Part shown: piece after piece, positions 23,201-32,636 of the stretch
Layout of the letters: the number at the start of each line of letters is the position of its first letter
Numbering within the stretch: position 1 is the stretch's first letter
NCBI GenBank assembly: GCA_002633005.1
Contig: NMRA01000041.1
Span: forward strand, 518,311-558,707
Direction: 5' to 3'
DNA from: Phoronis australis
Taxonomy: Eukaryota > Animalia > Phoronida
Length of the DNA stretch: 40,397 bases
The notes under the pieces: generated by a model
Databases searched by the model: none
The model's input: only the letters and a program-made list of their open reading frames with translations
What the model was told of the DNA's origin: nothing
Program-made: the position numbers and the translations under genes

Positions 23201-26200
23201 AGCCCGGAGGTTGAGGTGAGGAATGGAAGTCGAAGAAGCCCAGCACAACATTCTGAGAGAAAGGACAACGTAGAAATGACAAACTGTATGTTGCCAAAAT
23301 ATTGTACACCAAGAAAGTGTAACAGTTCCATGCTATTCCCCTCAGATGCATATTATCACTCTCAAAACACTGTTTGTGTCTCAAGGACATATTTCTTTGC
23401 TCACGCAAAGACGAGCCATATGTTATTCCTAGCTCACTAACGCTATTACATGAACTTTGCAAAACCTTTCCTTCGACCCCATTTCTCGTGACATTTCACA
23501 TAATCTGATAGCAAATCTGTGCACATAAACTGTGAATAGTCTCTACTTGTAAACACATAAACTGTGAATAGTCTCTACTTGTAAACACATAAACTGTGAA
23601 TAGTCTCTACTTGTAAACACATAAACTGTGAATAGTCTCTACTTGTAAACACATAAACTGTGAATAGTCTCTACTTGTAAACACATTCTGCCAGTTTTCG
23701 ATTATTCATTTTTATCACAATCACTTCCTTACTGCATTCCATCTATAACAGCAACACGAAGCATAAAAATACTCTCTCAACAAGTTTCTAAGGGTGCTTA
23801 TTATCATGAAAATGGCCAATAAATGGTGCAAAATTTTTTGACCTGTTTAAAAATTGGAAGGCGTTTCCCTAATACAAAACTATTCCACAATGAACCTTTG
23901 AGCAGTTTGGCAGACAGAGAGACGGATGCAAAAAATGGACTCAAAATTTCAAAAATGCCCACTAGGTGATGCAGAATATGTGAAACCTATCGTAAAGTGG
24001 GAAGGTGTTGTTATCTCCTAGACAAAAACTTATTAGCTGGATTTCACAAAAATCCTTCGAGGATCTTCAAAGATACGAGACATATGTACAAAAATAAAAT
24101 TGCCACTAGAGGATACAGCAGAAGTCGGATCAGTCTGAAATTCGTCGACCTCTGTTATCAGATTCACATGAACACATCAGTCTAATTTCACCAAGCTCCT
24201 ACAAAGAATTACAGAGATATGGCTGCAGACGCAAAAAATTGCCTGTAGGGGGCGCCATATTTGTCTGAGCGATCCGAAAACTATATCAGCTGTGGTCGTC
24301 ACGCGTGCAAAATTTCGTAATGATTCTTTTTGTAGTTTGGCAGATTGGAGGGCAGATGCTAGAAAACCCGACTCGAAAGGAGCAAAAATGGGCTCTAGGT
24401 AGCGCAAAATAGGTCAAATCTGCCCAAAAATGTAATGGCTTCACCGTCTCCTTAGTGATTGCAACAAATTTCACTGAAATCAGTCAGTTACTCATCCAAG
24501 GTGGCAGTGACTTCCACAGAAAGTTTGATGTATAATCTACACCTGAATGAATGAAAATGACGAATGCCAGTCACAGTTGCAAACGCATCTTGCCTAAAAA
24601 GTTAACCTTCATAAAAAGATCATAATACACGTAATGACAACAAATTGGACTTTATTTCTGTTCTGGATTTGCTAGATCCAGGTCAGATCCAACTTGAGGC
24701 AGAAAATGTCATTTGGAGTGTTGAGCCTAGAGAAAGAATCAAGCATTGGAAGTTAAAATACTTACATCACTGGACGGTAAAAATAAAACCAGCTCCTCGA
24801 CAGAATGTATGAAAGTCAAAGGTCGAATGAAATGGTCAAGAAAGGTCACAAGATGCTCAACAGAAGGCAGTCCTGGGAAAAACAACAATAAAGACATGTT
24901 GAGAAGTAATAAGTACATAGTACATGTTGTGACGAGAAATAATAAATACGCAGCACATGATGAAAAGTATTAATACAATACGTGACGAGAAGTAATAAAT
25001 ATGCAGCAACTGATGAGATGAAGTAATAAATATGCAGTAAATGATGAAAAGTAATAGATACGCAGCACATGATGAGAAGTAATGAATACACAGCACATGA
25101 TGAGAAGTAATGAATAGTACGCAGCACATGATGAGAAGTAATAAGTACATAGTATATGGTAAGAAGTAATAAATATACAAACACATCGGTTGTTTTACAT
25201 AAGCGACTGCAACTAATCAAAGCCATTTGGCAGATCCACAGATATTTTGCTTTTTCATGGACAGATAACATTGTGATAGGAACTATCAATAGCCTTGGAA
25301 ACAACATTTGCTCATGACATGGACTTAAACACACCGTCCAGCTTTTTGAATGGGAGCACAGTGTTTTAAAACACAAACAATTGAGCAGCCTAAATTATCA
25401 GAAACTTATCACCAAACAAACATATTCTGCAGTTTACTATTCCTACCTGTGTATTCAAATGGGTTAAGGTGTTTGTGATACACAAACAGCCGGCCAAACC
25501 GGTCAAAAGTAAACTTCTTTCGACATTTCCCATCAGACCACCAACAATTAATGGCGACAAACTTGACCTGAAATAAATTTAAAAAATAATAATAATAATT
25601 GCAGGCGGCCACATATGCAAAGGCCACTCAAGTAGGCCCACTGCATTAATCACCAGGAACAATTTTTATACTTTATTAATACAGTCATAGATAAAACCAA
25701 GCTGAGGAGCTAGAGACCTGACTCAATGGTCTAGCAGGGTCCCCAGAGAGACTCGAACCACAAACTAGAGTAAAGGATGCGGACACCTATCCCACTAGGT
25801 CACACTGCCTCCTGATGAAATGAATTACTCCAGTGAGACTTTTAACCAGCCTTGACATACTGCTAACTGACTAACAAATTACATCTCAAACAATACGAAA
25901 ACTATACAAAGAACAAATGAAGATTGCACCAAACTTCCAACCAACAAGTAACAGTCATTTCTCTAATTAATAGTTCGTACACTCGAATAGTCACCAAACA
26001 TTTTCTGCATTGGCAAGCTGCAAGTTGCCAAATTGACCACTGAGTTCGTACAGTAGGTGTCCGAGGGAAAAATACTCCGTACACGTATATGCGTCAACAA
26101 AAATAATTTGTACACAAAGCACCAACTATTCAAGTAATCGAAACACGTGGCTTGCTATATAACTAAACTAGTAATGAGCTCTAACAGTGCGTCCTTATCG

Positions 26201-28177
26201 AGTATGCAAACGTCCGTTTTGTAGTTATCAAACGTTCCAATCATGATAGGACTATGTCTGAAAATTTTCATTAAATGTCAATCTAGGGATTTTTTAGATA
26301 TAACAGCAGACAGATGGAGATGGCAGCATTACATTTGATATGTGGAGGCATAAAAAATTTGCACTGAAGTGGTGAATTCATTGTTCCCAAAAGACAATAC
26401 ACTATTAATCATGTCCTGTTGGTATCCCACTTAAACAGCGGTTGTTACCTGATCACCACTTATGTTAGCCGCCTTTTCAAACTCCTGACGACGGTGAAGA
26501 CTGGAGGAACACCAAGGTGCATAGTACATCACCATGACAACACCTTCTTCTTCCACAAGGTAGTCCAGAACATCCAACTCACCAAAGAAGAGATCTGTGA
26601 CTGAAGATGACCTGCTGAAGAATGGCCTAGGTAGGTACATGATGTGACCAGGTGTATTAGAGGTGGATTGACTGAAAGATAATAAGATAGTTATCAGTGA
26701 AAGCAGCTGACTTATGCCTTGGTCACATGAGCTCAACATCCATCCAACAAGATTGCTGCAAAAAGTTGTCATTTCAGTGTATAAAATGCAATTGTTAAGA
26801 GATGAACGGAGGGCTAGATGGGTGTCACTATCTAGAGCCAACAACTGAACAAACACTGTCTGATCACACCGGGTATGGAATTCAATAAACCAAGCATTGC
26901 CCGATATGAGAGAGAAAACGCTTTTATTTACATTACATAATAGTAATACATTGATTAAAATTTAATTTCAATTAGGAGGCCTTCTAAAGGTCATTGACCG
27001 CTAATAAGAAGGTCCCCTGTACAAGATAAGCAAATGAAAATGCAAAAAATCAGTAGGAATACTTAAGAAAACAGTTAATTAGTGCTGAAAACGACCGACA
27101 CGCCAGGAACCAAGAAGTAAACTGGCACAGCTCAGGAGATTTTGAGAATACAATTAGATACTGTTACATATGAAGCAATTGGAAATATGACAAACTGGAT
27201 CGTAGTTGCTAATAATAAAATTGGTTAAGAACCTGGAGAATGCTTGCAAAGAATGCGTTTTTATCATATTTAGAGCAGAGACTGGTATTTCGTTGCTGTT
27301 TATAAGTCGAGGAGACCAAGGTATAACTGAAGAATACACCACGCAACTGATGTGACCAAACACAGTAGAGGAGAATAGCCTGTAAGATTACATAGGTATC
27401 AGTGACTAGAGCAGACGTGAAGTGCATTTTGCCATAATTCAGCGAAACTGGTTCCCAGGAGCCATTTTGAAGAGGGATGTGTTTAAGCCACTTTTACTCG
27501 TTTTACAATGAAAATTTACCTTCCAATGTGGTGAATTTCTCTAATACAAAATAGAATTTTCAAAGAAAATCTAGAAATAGTACATTTTTTGTAGTGCCTA
27601 ATTTTGACAAACAGCGCACGTCAGGAGATATGATGTGTAATGGGAATCTCGGTGCTGGTCGCTCCACCGATTCCCATTACAGATGTCATACCACCTGTCA
27701 CGCGCAGTGTTAAAAATGGCCAGTTTCTGATTTTGAGAACTGAACGAAGGACTGATCGAAGAAAAAGTTTGATAACGGGAGTATTTGCTCAAGTTGGAAG
27801 GAATTAAAGACATTGATGCACGTGACTTTGATTTTTTAATCAGTGTTTCGCATAATTTGCCAAAAAAGCTTCTAGGATATGAAGTACCTATAGGTGCTTC
27901 ACCGTGTGTAAGTGTAGTTCAACTAGAGACGGTGGTCACTGTCTATGACTGAGACAGTATGAGTGTCAGTGTGAACTGTATTGCAATATTTACATCTGCA
28001 TCCAGTTGGCACTATAATATTGACAGTGACACACCTTTCTGAATATCGTCCAGCAAGCGTTAACAGAAAAGCAGCAAAAATACAACATAATTCAGGATGC
28101 TTCGCCATAATCTGTGCGATCCTCGGACAGTCAGGACGACGTAGAAAATCACGAACACCACCACGTATCTTCGCCAT
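13794..28177 (-). CDS. TXNDC11: thioredoxin domain-containing protein 11, 13 exons, ~859 aa
   Basis: complement join 28177-28035, 26671-26449, 25567-25447, 24872-24766, 23252-23159, 22453-22335, 20788-20720, 17970-17845 (or 19332-19207), 17716-16933, 16089-15956, 15590-15478, 14754-14674, 14259-13794; sums to 2580 nt with consistent phases. Diagnostic motifs: YYAPWCSSS, FVAINCWW..GKCRK, SPQPPGYL, KGPALIFF, APWCGFC, NDLPW, TLPHLVRFIL, C-terminal coiled coil. Confidence 0.95.
14340..14723 (-). repeat. 69/72-bp minisatellite made of the TXNDC11 exon-12 3' half plus splice donor (~5.5 copies)
   Basis: Unit gatatacactgtgactacatacccaactatagtgctgtaccctgcaggaca|gtaagtaaaccactagta; donors at 14673 (real), 14604, 14532, 14460 and 14391. 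Confidence 0.93.
14674..14754 (-). CDS. TXNDC11: TXNDC11 exon 12
   Basis: tttcag|AGTC ... GGACA|gtaagt; VNGDVNDLPWIYTVTTYPTIVLYPAG (not in ORF track). Confidence 0.92.
15478..15590 (-). CDS. TXNDC11: TXNDC11 exon 11 (active-site WCGFC)
   Basis: ttgtag|GATGTG ... ACAAG|gtatgt; DVVVLHTAPWCGFCKGFNHIYQTLA (frame not in ORF track). Confidence 0.94.
15956..16089 (-). CDS. TXNDC11: TXNDC11 exon 10
   Basis: ttacag|GGAAG ... GCG|gtagga; RLKRHLIS..LIMELTSQTFLQVVL. Confidence 0.9.
16933..17716 (-). CDS. TXNDC11: TXNDC11 exon 9 (large Cys-rich exon)
   Basis: ttgtag|CTAAGG ... ATTA|gtaagt; EEALVYSSC..CC..CDIC..GLGCNNRTVHFYAMDS..AVLVD. Confidence 0.92.
17845..17970 (-). CDS. TXNDC11: TXNDC11 exon 8 (copy A)
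   Basis: cttcag|CCTGTT ... TTG|gtaagt; PVVQWIVPKRVKSLQLSLHLRKGPALIFFTP. Confidence 0.88.
19207..19332 (-). CDS. TXNDC11: TXNDC11 exon 8 (copy B, probably allelic)
   Basis: Same peptide as copy A with a synonymous Leu change (CTT/CTG); splice sites intact. Confidence 0.7.
20720..20788 (-). CDS. TXNDC11: TXNDC11 exon 7
   Basis: ttacag|ACATTT ... GTG|gtaaat; TFPRASNFTSSNIQLWI. Confidence 0.85.
21432..21588. mobile_element. MITE, ~155 bp
   Basis: TIRs: tcagggtccagttgcataaaagtt versus reverse complement of right end tcagggctgggttgcataaaactt. Confidence 0.7.
21665..21950. mobile_element. MITE, ~285 bp
   Basis: ~50-bp imperfect TIRs: tgaaaagagacttacgacttaagactgaaatttggtctt versus rc tgaaaagtgactttagacttaggacagaaatttggtctt. 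Confidence 0.72.
22335..22453 (-). CDS. TXNDC11: TXNDC11 exon 6
   Basis: ttacag|CTCCA ... GTA|gtaagt; PVKFGVVPSPHLADRIG..LVRATNDSV. Confidence 0.88.
22465..22750. repeat. ~43-bp minisatellite (6-7 copies) abutting the exon-6 acceptor
   Basis: Unit gtgagacacatctagtgaacactgaggttaccttacagggga. Confidence 0.88.
23159..23252 (-). CDS. TXNDC11: TXNDC11 exon 5
   Basis: tctcag|AATGTT ... CAAG|gtatgt; NVVLGFFDFHSSPQPPGYLQFYYAAL. Confidence 0.93.
23522..23686. repeat. perfect 32-bp tandem repeat x5
   Basis: cacataaactgtgaatagtctctacttgtaaa at 23522, 23554, 23586, 23618 and 23650. Confidence 0.97.
24766..24872 (-). CDS. TXNDC11: TXNDC11 exon 4
   Basis: tcccag|GACTG ... GAT|gtaagt; LPSVEHLVTFLDHFIRPLTFIHSVEELVLFL (not in ORF track). 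Confidence 0.9.
24895..25180. repeat. ~28-30-bp degenerate minisatellite (~10 copies) abutting the exon-4 acceptor
   Basis: Unit catgatgagaagtaataaatacgcagca. Confidence 0.88.
25447..25567 (-). CDS. TXNDC11: TXNDC11 exon 3
   Basis: tttcag|GTCAAG ... ACAG|gtagga; VKFVAINCWWSDGKCRKK..PFEYTG. Confidence 0.94.
25738..25812 (-). mobile_element. tRNA-derived SINE head or tRNA pseudogene
   Basis: Minus strand ggaggcagtgTGACCTAGTGGgatagg...tGGTTCGAGTCtctc: Pol III A and B boxes; no intact cloverleaf. Confidence 0.55.
26449..26671 (-). CDS. TXNDC11: TXNDC11 exon 2 (first Trx domain, WCSSS)
   Basis: tttcag|TCAATCC ... CAG|gtaaca; PRPFFSRSSSVTDLFFGELD..YYAPWCSSS. Confidence 0.94.
28035..28177 (-). 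CDS. TXNDC11: TXNDC11 exon 1 (start, signal/anchor sequence)
   Basis: ATG 28177 with in-frame TAG just upstream; second ATG 28108 gives MAKHPELCCIFAAFLLTLAG; donor AAAG|gtgtgt, phase 2 matches exon 2. Confidence 0.87.
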
Positions 28178-29811
28178 CCACTAACACGTCAGTCTTTCGT
28201 TTATAGATTAACTCCCCTGTTTGATATAAAAATTAACATTTGATAGGCCTACAAAACAATTTATCAAAACAAAAACTTTGTAGTTTTTAATTAATTATAA
28301 ACATTAATGATGTTTAATATGAATCTATTTTTTGATGATTTAATGCTTTTTGTTATTTTAGAACCGATTAGCCAAGGAGAACATTTCCGGTCGTCGTGTT
28401 CGTCAAAATACAAGTGACAGTGCCACAGTGGCAGAGTTGCAGGCTGCTGTGTAGCCGTGTCAGCTGTTGATGCAGGCAATACATCGTGTGCGCACACCGC
28501 AAGTGGTGGACCCATTTATATTGATGCAGCTTTAGTTTGGGTTTGTCCCATTGAGTTTTTGAACATGAACTGTAAGTATACATGACACTGACAGTGTGAC
28601 ACGTGACTCTGACAATACTCATCACATCAGATCACATCAGTCAGAAACCTAGTACAGAATACGACTGATGGAGCAGAGCATCATCGTCGTAAGCGCCACA
28701 GGTTTGAATGAAGATGGAATCTTCTGATTCTTCTGACCGAGTTCCACCGCAATTGGTCCCCGATTTAAGGTTGCTGTGCAGGGGTCCTGCCTCCCCTTTG
28801 GGCCAAAAAAATAAACAGTAAAATGACACGAAATAAATTTGTGCACTTGCTATGTTGCGGTTTATCGTGAGCAAGTACTTTAATGTGTATATGTGTGTTG
28901 GACACAGACATTACAAAATGAAAAATGTCCCCTCATGATATCCTAGATCTGCCACTGGGTCCCTCACTGTTTTTCTTTGCAATTTTTCCTTTCTGGCCTT
29001 TACTGATCCCCTTTTACTATTTGTCACTGCATTTCTCTGGTTGTGCACATGTGGGAACTGCCGTGTGCAGCCAGTCTGGACCAACATCTCTACAAGTCTG
29101 CTGCTTATGTTGACTAGATTTGGTGCCTGAGCTTTCTTATTCCCTATAACATTGGCTTTTTCTCTGATCAGTTAAGGGAGGGAACATTATTCCTCCTGAC
29201 AAAGGCTTTTAGACCTTTTTCGCAAATGTCTGCACAGCTGTGTGCCATTGTGTACTCGCGTGATCAACTTCATTGAAGCACTTCAATAATTTCTTTGTTG
29301 TGTTAATCTGGATTGACACAGTAGGGTGGCTTGGATACTTTAAACCTGGTTTTACTAAACCGCTACCTGGTCTAAAAAAAACAGGCCTACAAACTTCTAA
29401 ACCACATTGGTGAAATGCAAGTTAGGTCTAAAATTAGACCAGGTTTTGGAAGACCAGGTATAAGTCTTAAACCTGGTTTTGTTAAACCACCTTTATGAAA
29501 TCAGCTCTGCTGGTGTCGACATAAGAGTTCAGTTACATCCTTGAAGTGAAATGAGTGCAACAATGACAGTGCTTTTGTCTGAGGTGTGATGTTCTCTCAA
29601 TCTGTCACAGAGGCATCTCTGTGTGAGTCTTCGCACAAAAGCAACATCTATAGGCATTGCGTCAATAACAGTCACTTAGCTAATTCAGTCAGTATAATCT
29701 AGATAAAGAACCTGGAAAGGAATTACTTTACATTAAAGAGTCTTGTGACCAATCAGCACCAGCATGGTGCTGGTTCTCTGAATAACATGCAGAGCTCAGT
29801 GACTACAGCTA

Positions 29812-30568
29812 TACTCTCGAGTTCCGAATAGCCATAATATATATATATATATACGATTATTTATTTCAGACTTTTTCTGCTCTATACGAAGCTTATTTGG
29901 GTCTCTACGTTTATTAATTATAGATGTTTTTTTCACTCCTCCACAATTATTTTGTCAAGATGAAATTCACAGTTGGCTGTTTCTTACTCATTTCTTGAAT
30001 GCAATTTTGTTACTCAAAAATTTTTGGACTCCGAGTTTCGAACCTTGACCACTAGACGATGAGACACTCCTAATAAATAAGGATAATGTATGATTGCACG
30101 GTACACACGCAAGTCACTTGTAATAACATGCACATGAAAAAGATTTTATTCATTATGTATACAACTGTACGTTTCAAAGCTTAAATAATTGGACTCCCAA
30201 TTATATATTCTCATTAGTAACAACAAACGTATCGCATGTATACCTCGTTACCCAGTGAAAAGTTGTAAGTTATAAGACTTGTCAGCTGAGTCATGCACGA
30301 GCCATGCCAGTTTGCTTCCGTCGCGAACATTTTACATTTTATCAATATTATTATTATACTATTTTTAAAGTTCCACAAATTTGCCATATATACCATTGAT
30401 TCCATTCTACACTATTATTAATTTTTTCGCAAATTTCCGGTCTATACTATTATTTTACTTTTCTAGTGGCAAAAAAGTCTGGTCTATACTATTATTCCAG
30501 TCTACTATTATTAGAAATCTTGAAAATTTCCAGTCTGCTGTCTTTACAACTATTCGGAACTTAGAGTA
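29812..30568. mobile_element. non-autonomous Tc1/mariner-type element, ~755 bp
   Basis: TIRs with terminal TA: tactctcgagttccgaatag versus rc tactctaagttccgaatag; subterminal tactattatt repeats at 30350-30550. Confidence 0.65.
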
Positions 30569-32426
30569 GTGATGACCTGTTTACTATTTCCTGTCATTGT
30601 TGTTGCACTCATTTCACTTCATGGATGTAACCGGACTTGTATGTCGACAATTGGTGTCTGATTGTTTGTATACTGATGATATCTTCTGAATAGACGAAAT
30701 GTCGAATTAATATGAACTTTTTCATTTGTGCGGCGATTGTCCGTTCCCTGTCATTGAGTTGCTGACGTCATCGTTGGTGTCTTGTTTGTCATCGTTGTCA
30801 TGGGCAACGCTGCTGTATTTGTTGGTGTTCTTGCTTTTGTCATTCTTCATTTGATTTTTCCAAGTGTCACTCTTCAGAGTGCTTTCATTTGTCCTATAAT
30901 GCATCACTGGTCCTTGTGTTTCAAAGACTGGACTACATATTCGGTATGCTGCTGTCGTGTTAAAGGGATGGCACCTGTTTCAGGACAGGTTGCAGTTAGT
31001 GCAAATAAAACATTGACGTACTTGCCGACATGACGTTTTATTGAGGAATGGGAAAGAGAAAACTAGACACTAGAAACACCATCTGTTGAATGATGACAAA
31101 ACTGAAATATAATGAAACAGAATGATCTTCCCTGAAGCTTTACATTATTGTGTAATATATCGTATTGTTGGAAAATTTGCACTTTCTCCTCTGCAGGTGT
31201 GTCATAACTATTGTGGATTTTCAATTTAATTTGAAATCATATTCCAATATGTCTCTGGATTTATCTGATGAAATCTTACTCCATTGTGGCTTACACATAT
31301 AGTGAAATCGTACTTCAAGGTTTCTTACTAAAGTATGGATTTATAATGAAATCATGCTCCATTGTGGCCATATGCCTATCTGGACTTGCGGTTGTTCAGG
31401 AAGCAGCACGTGTTCTATTGCTGAAATGTATAGGTTTAGAAATTTCACATCCCTCTGGACACCACCGCTTTCACACAGCTCAGTGTGGCTTATCATGAAT
31501 TTGTCATGAAATCCTACACCTTAACAACTGTTTGTGGACTGGTTGAGTTGATGATATTACCATACTCCTACAGCTTGGTACCTACCCCTGTCCTTTCCAA
31601 ATTCTCACATTTAATCATCCATGCTCGGCTTTAGTGTTCACCATTAATTGATAGGATCAAGACTTCCATGAAGGTGCTTTGTTAACCATTTTCATGAGGA
31701 TTTTAACTCTCAAAATATATTGGAAACGAGTAGTCAGTTTGAATGAAGTCTTACACCATATTCGAGTAAATAACCCTTTTTTACTGAAGGAGATCCTTTT
31801 GGCCCATGTACATTCAGATATTAACAGTTTTGTGTGCAAAGAATGGTAAGGAATTTGTGCTTGGGTTGATGTCTATCCCCACTTCTCTAATCACCCATAC
31901 TCTGCTTAATGTCCAGCCCCTGATTTTGGAATATCCCTGGGCGTTATCCTGGATGAGCACAGTACTTTGAATGTTTTGTTAGGTTTGACTAGTGAAGCTA
32001 CTTAAGTCACTTCCTGTCCTGCTGCATGTTGGCATAATGTTCATTGGAAATGTCAAGTACATGGTTAATAAGCTTTACTGGCATGTTCATGACCAGTTCT
32101 ACTACTGAACCTTTCTGCTCTCAATTGGAGCAGGCTAGTGTCAAGGCTGAGGTTATCAACATTGTTTACTGCTGGTATTGGTTATTGACATTCTTATTGT
32201 ATAAAATATTCATAGAATTGATGGTTGAATTTGTTTGAAATGTATAATTTTTAGCAATATATTATTTTAGCTATGTGTTGAACATTTGTTAGTAAAACTA
32301 AATTTGGACATCATTGGACCAGTGATCCAGCTTTTGGCTGGTTTCTGCAAGAAGTTCACTGCTTGCTTTAATTTCTCATAATATTGTATACTGTAAAGTC
32401 AACAAACTCTTGCTTGAAATTGCACT

Positions 32427-32636
32427 GATGTTGCGCCTGCGTTGATGTTCCTGCGTTGATGTTGCGCCTGCATTGATGTTGCGCCTGCGTTGATGTTGCG
32501 CCTGCGTTGATGTTGCGCCTGCGTTGATGTTGCGCCTGCGTTGATGTTGCGCCTGCGTTGATGTTGCGCCTGCGTTGATGTTGCGCCTGCGTTGATGTTG
32601 CGCCTGCGTTGATGTTGCGCCTGCGTGGATGTTGCA
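32427..32636. repeat. 17-bp minisatellite (~12 copies)
   Basis: Unit tgatgttgcgcctgcgt, nearly perfect. Confidence 0.97.

Noticed and set aside
23522-23686. CRISPR-like 32-bp repeats
   Set aside because: Head-to-tail with no spacers, inside a eukaryotic intron, and no cas genes.
24746-25376. ORFs of 75-176 aa
   Set aside because: Products of the ~28-bp minisatellite or wrong-frame overlap with exon 4.
25738-25812. Functional tRNA gene
   Set aside because: A and B boxes are present but the acceptor and anticodon stems do not pair; treated as a SINE head.
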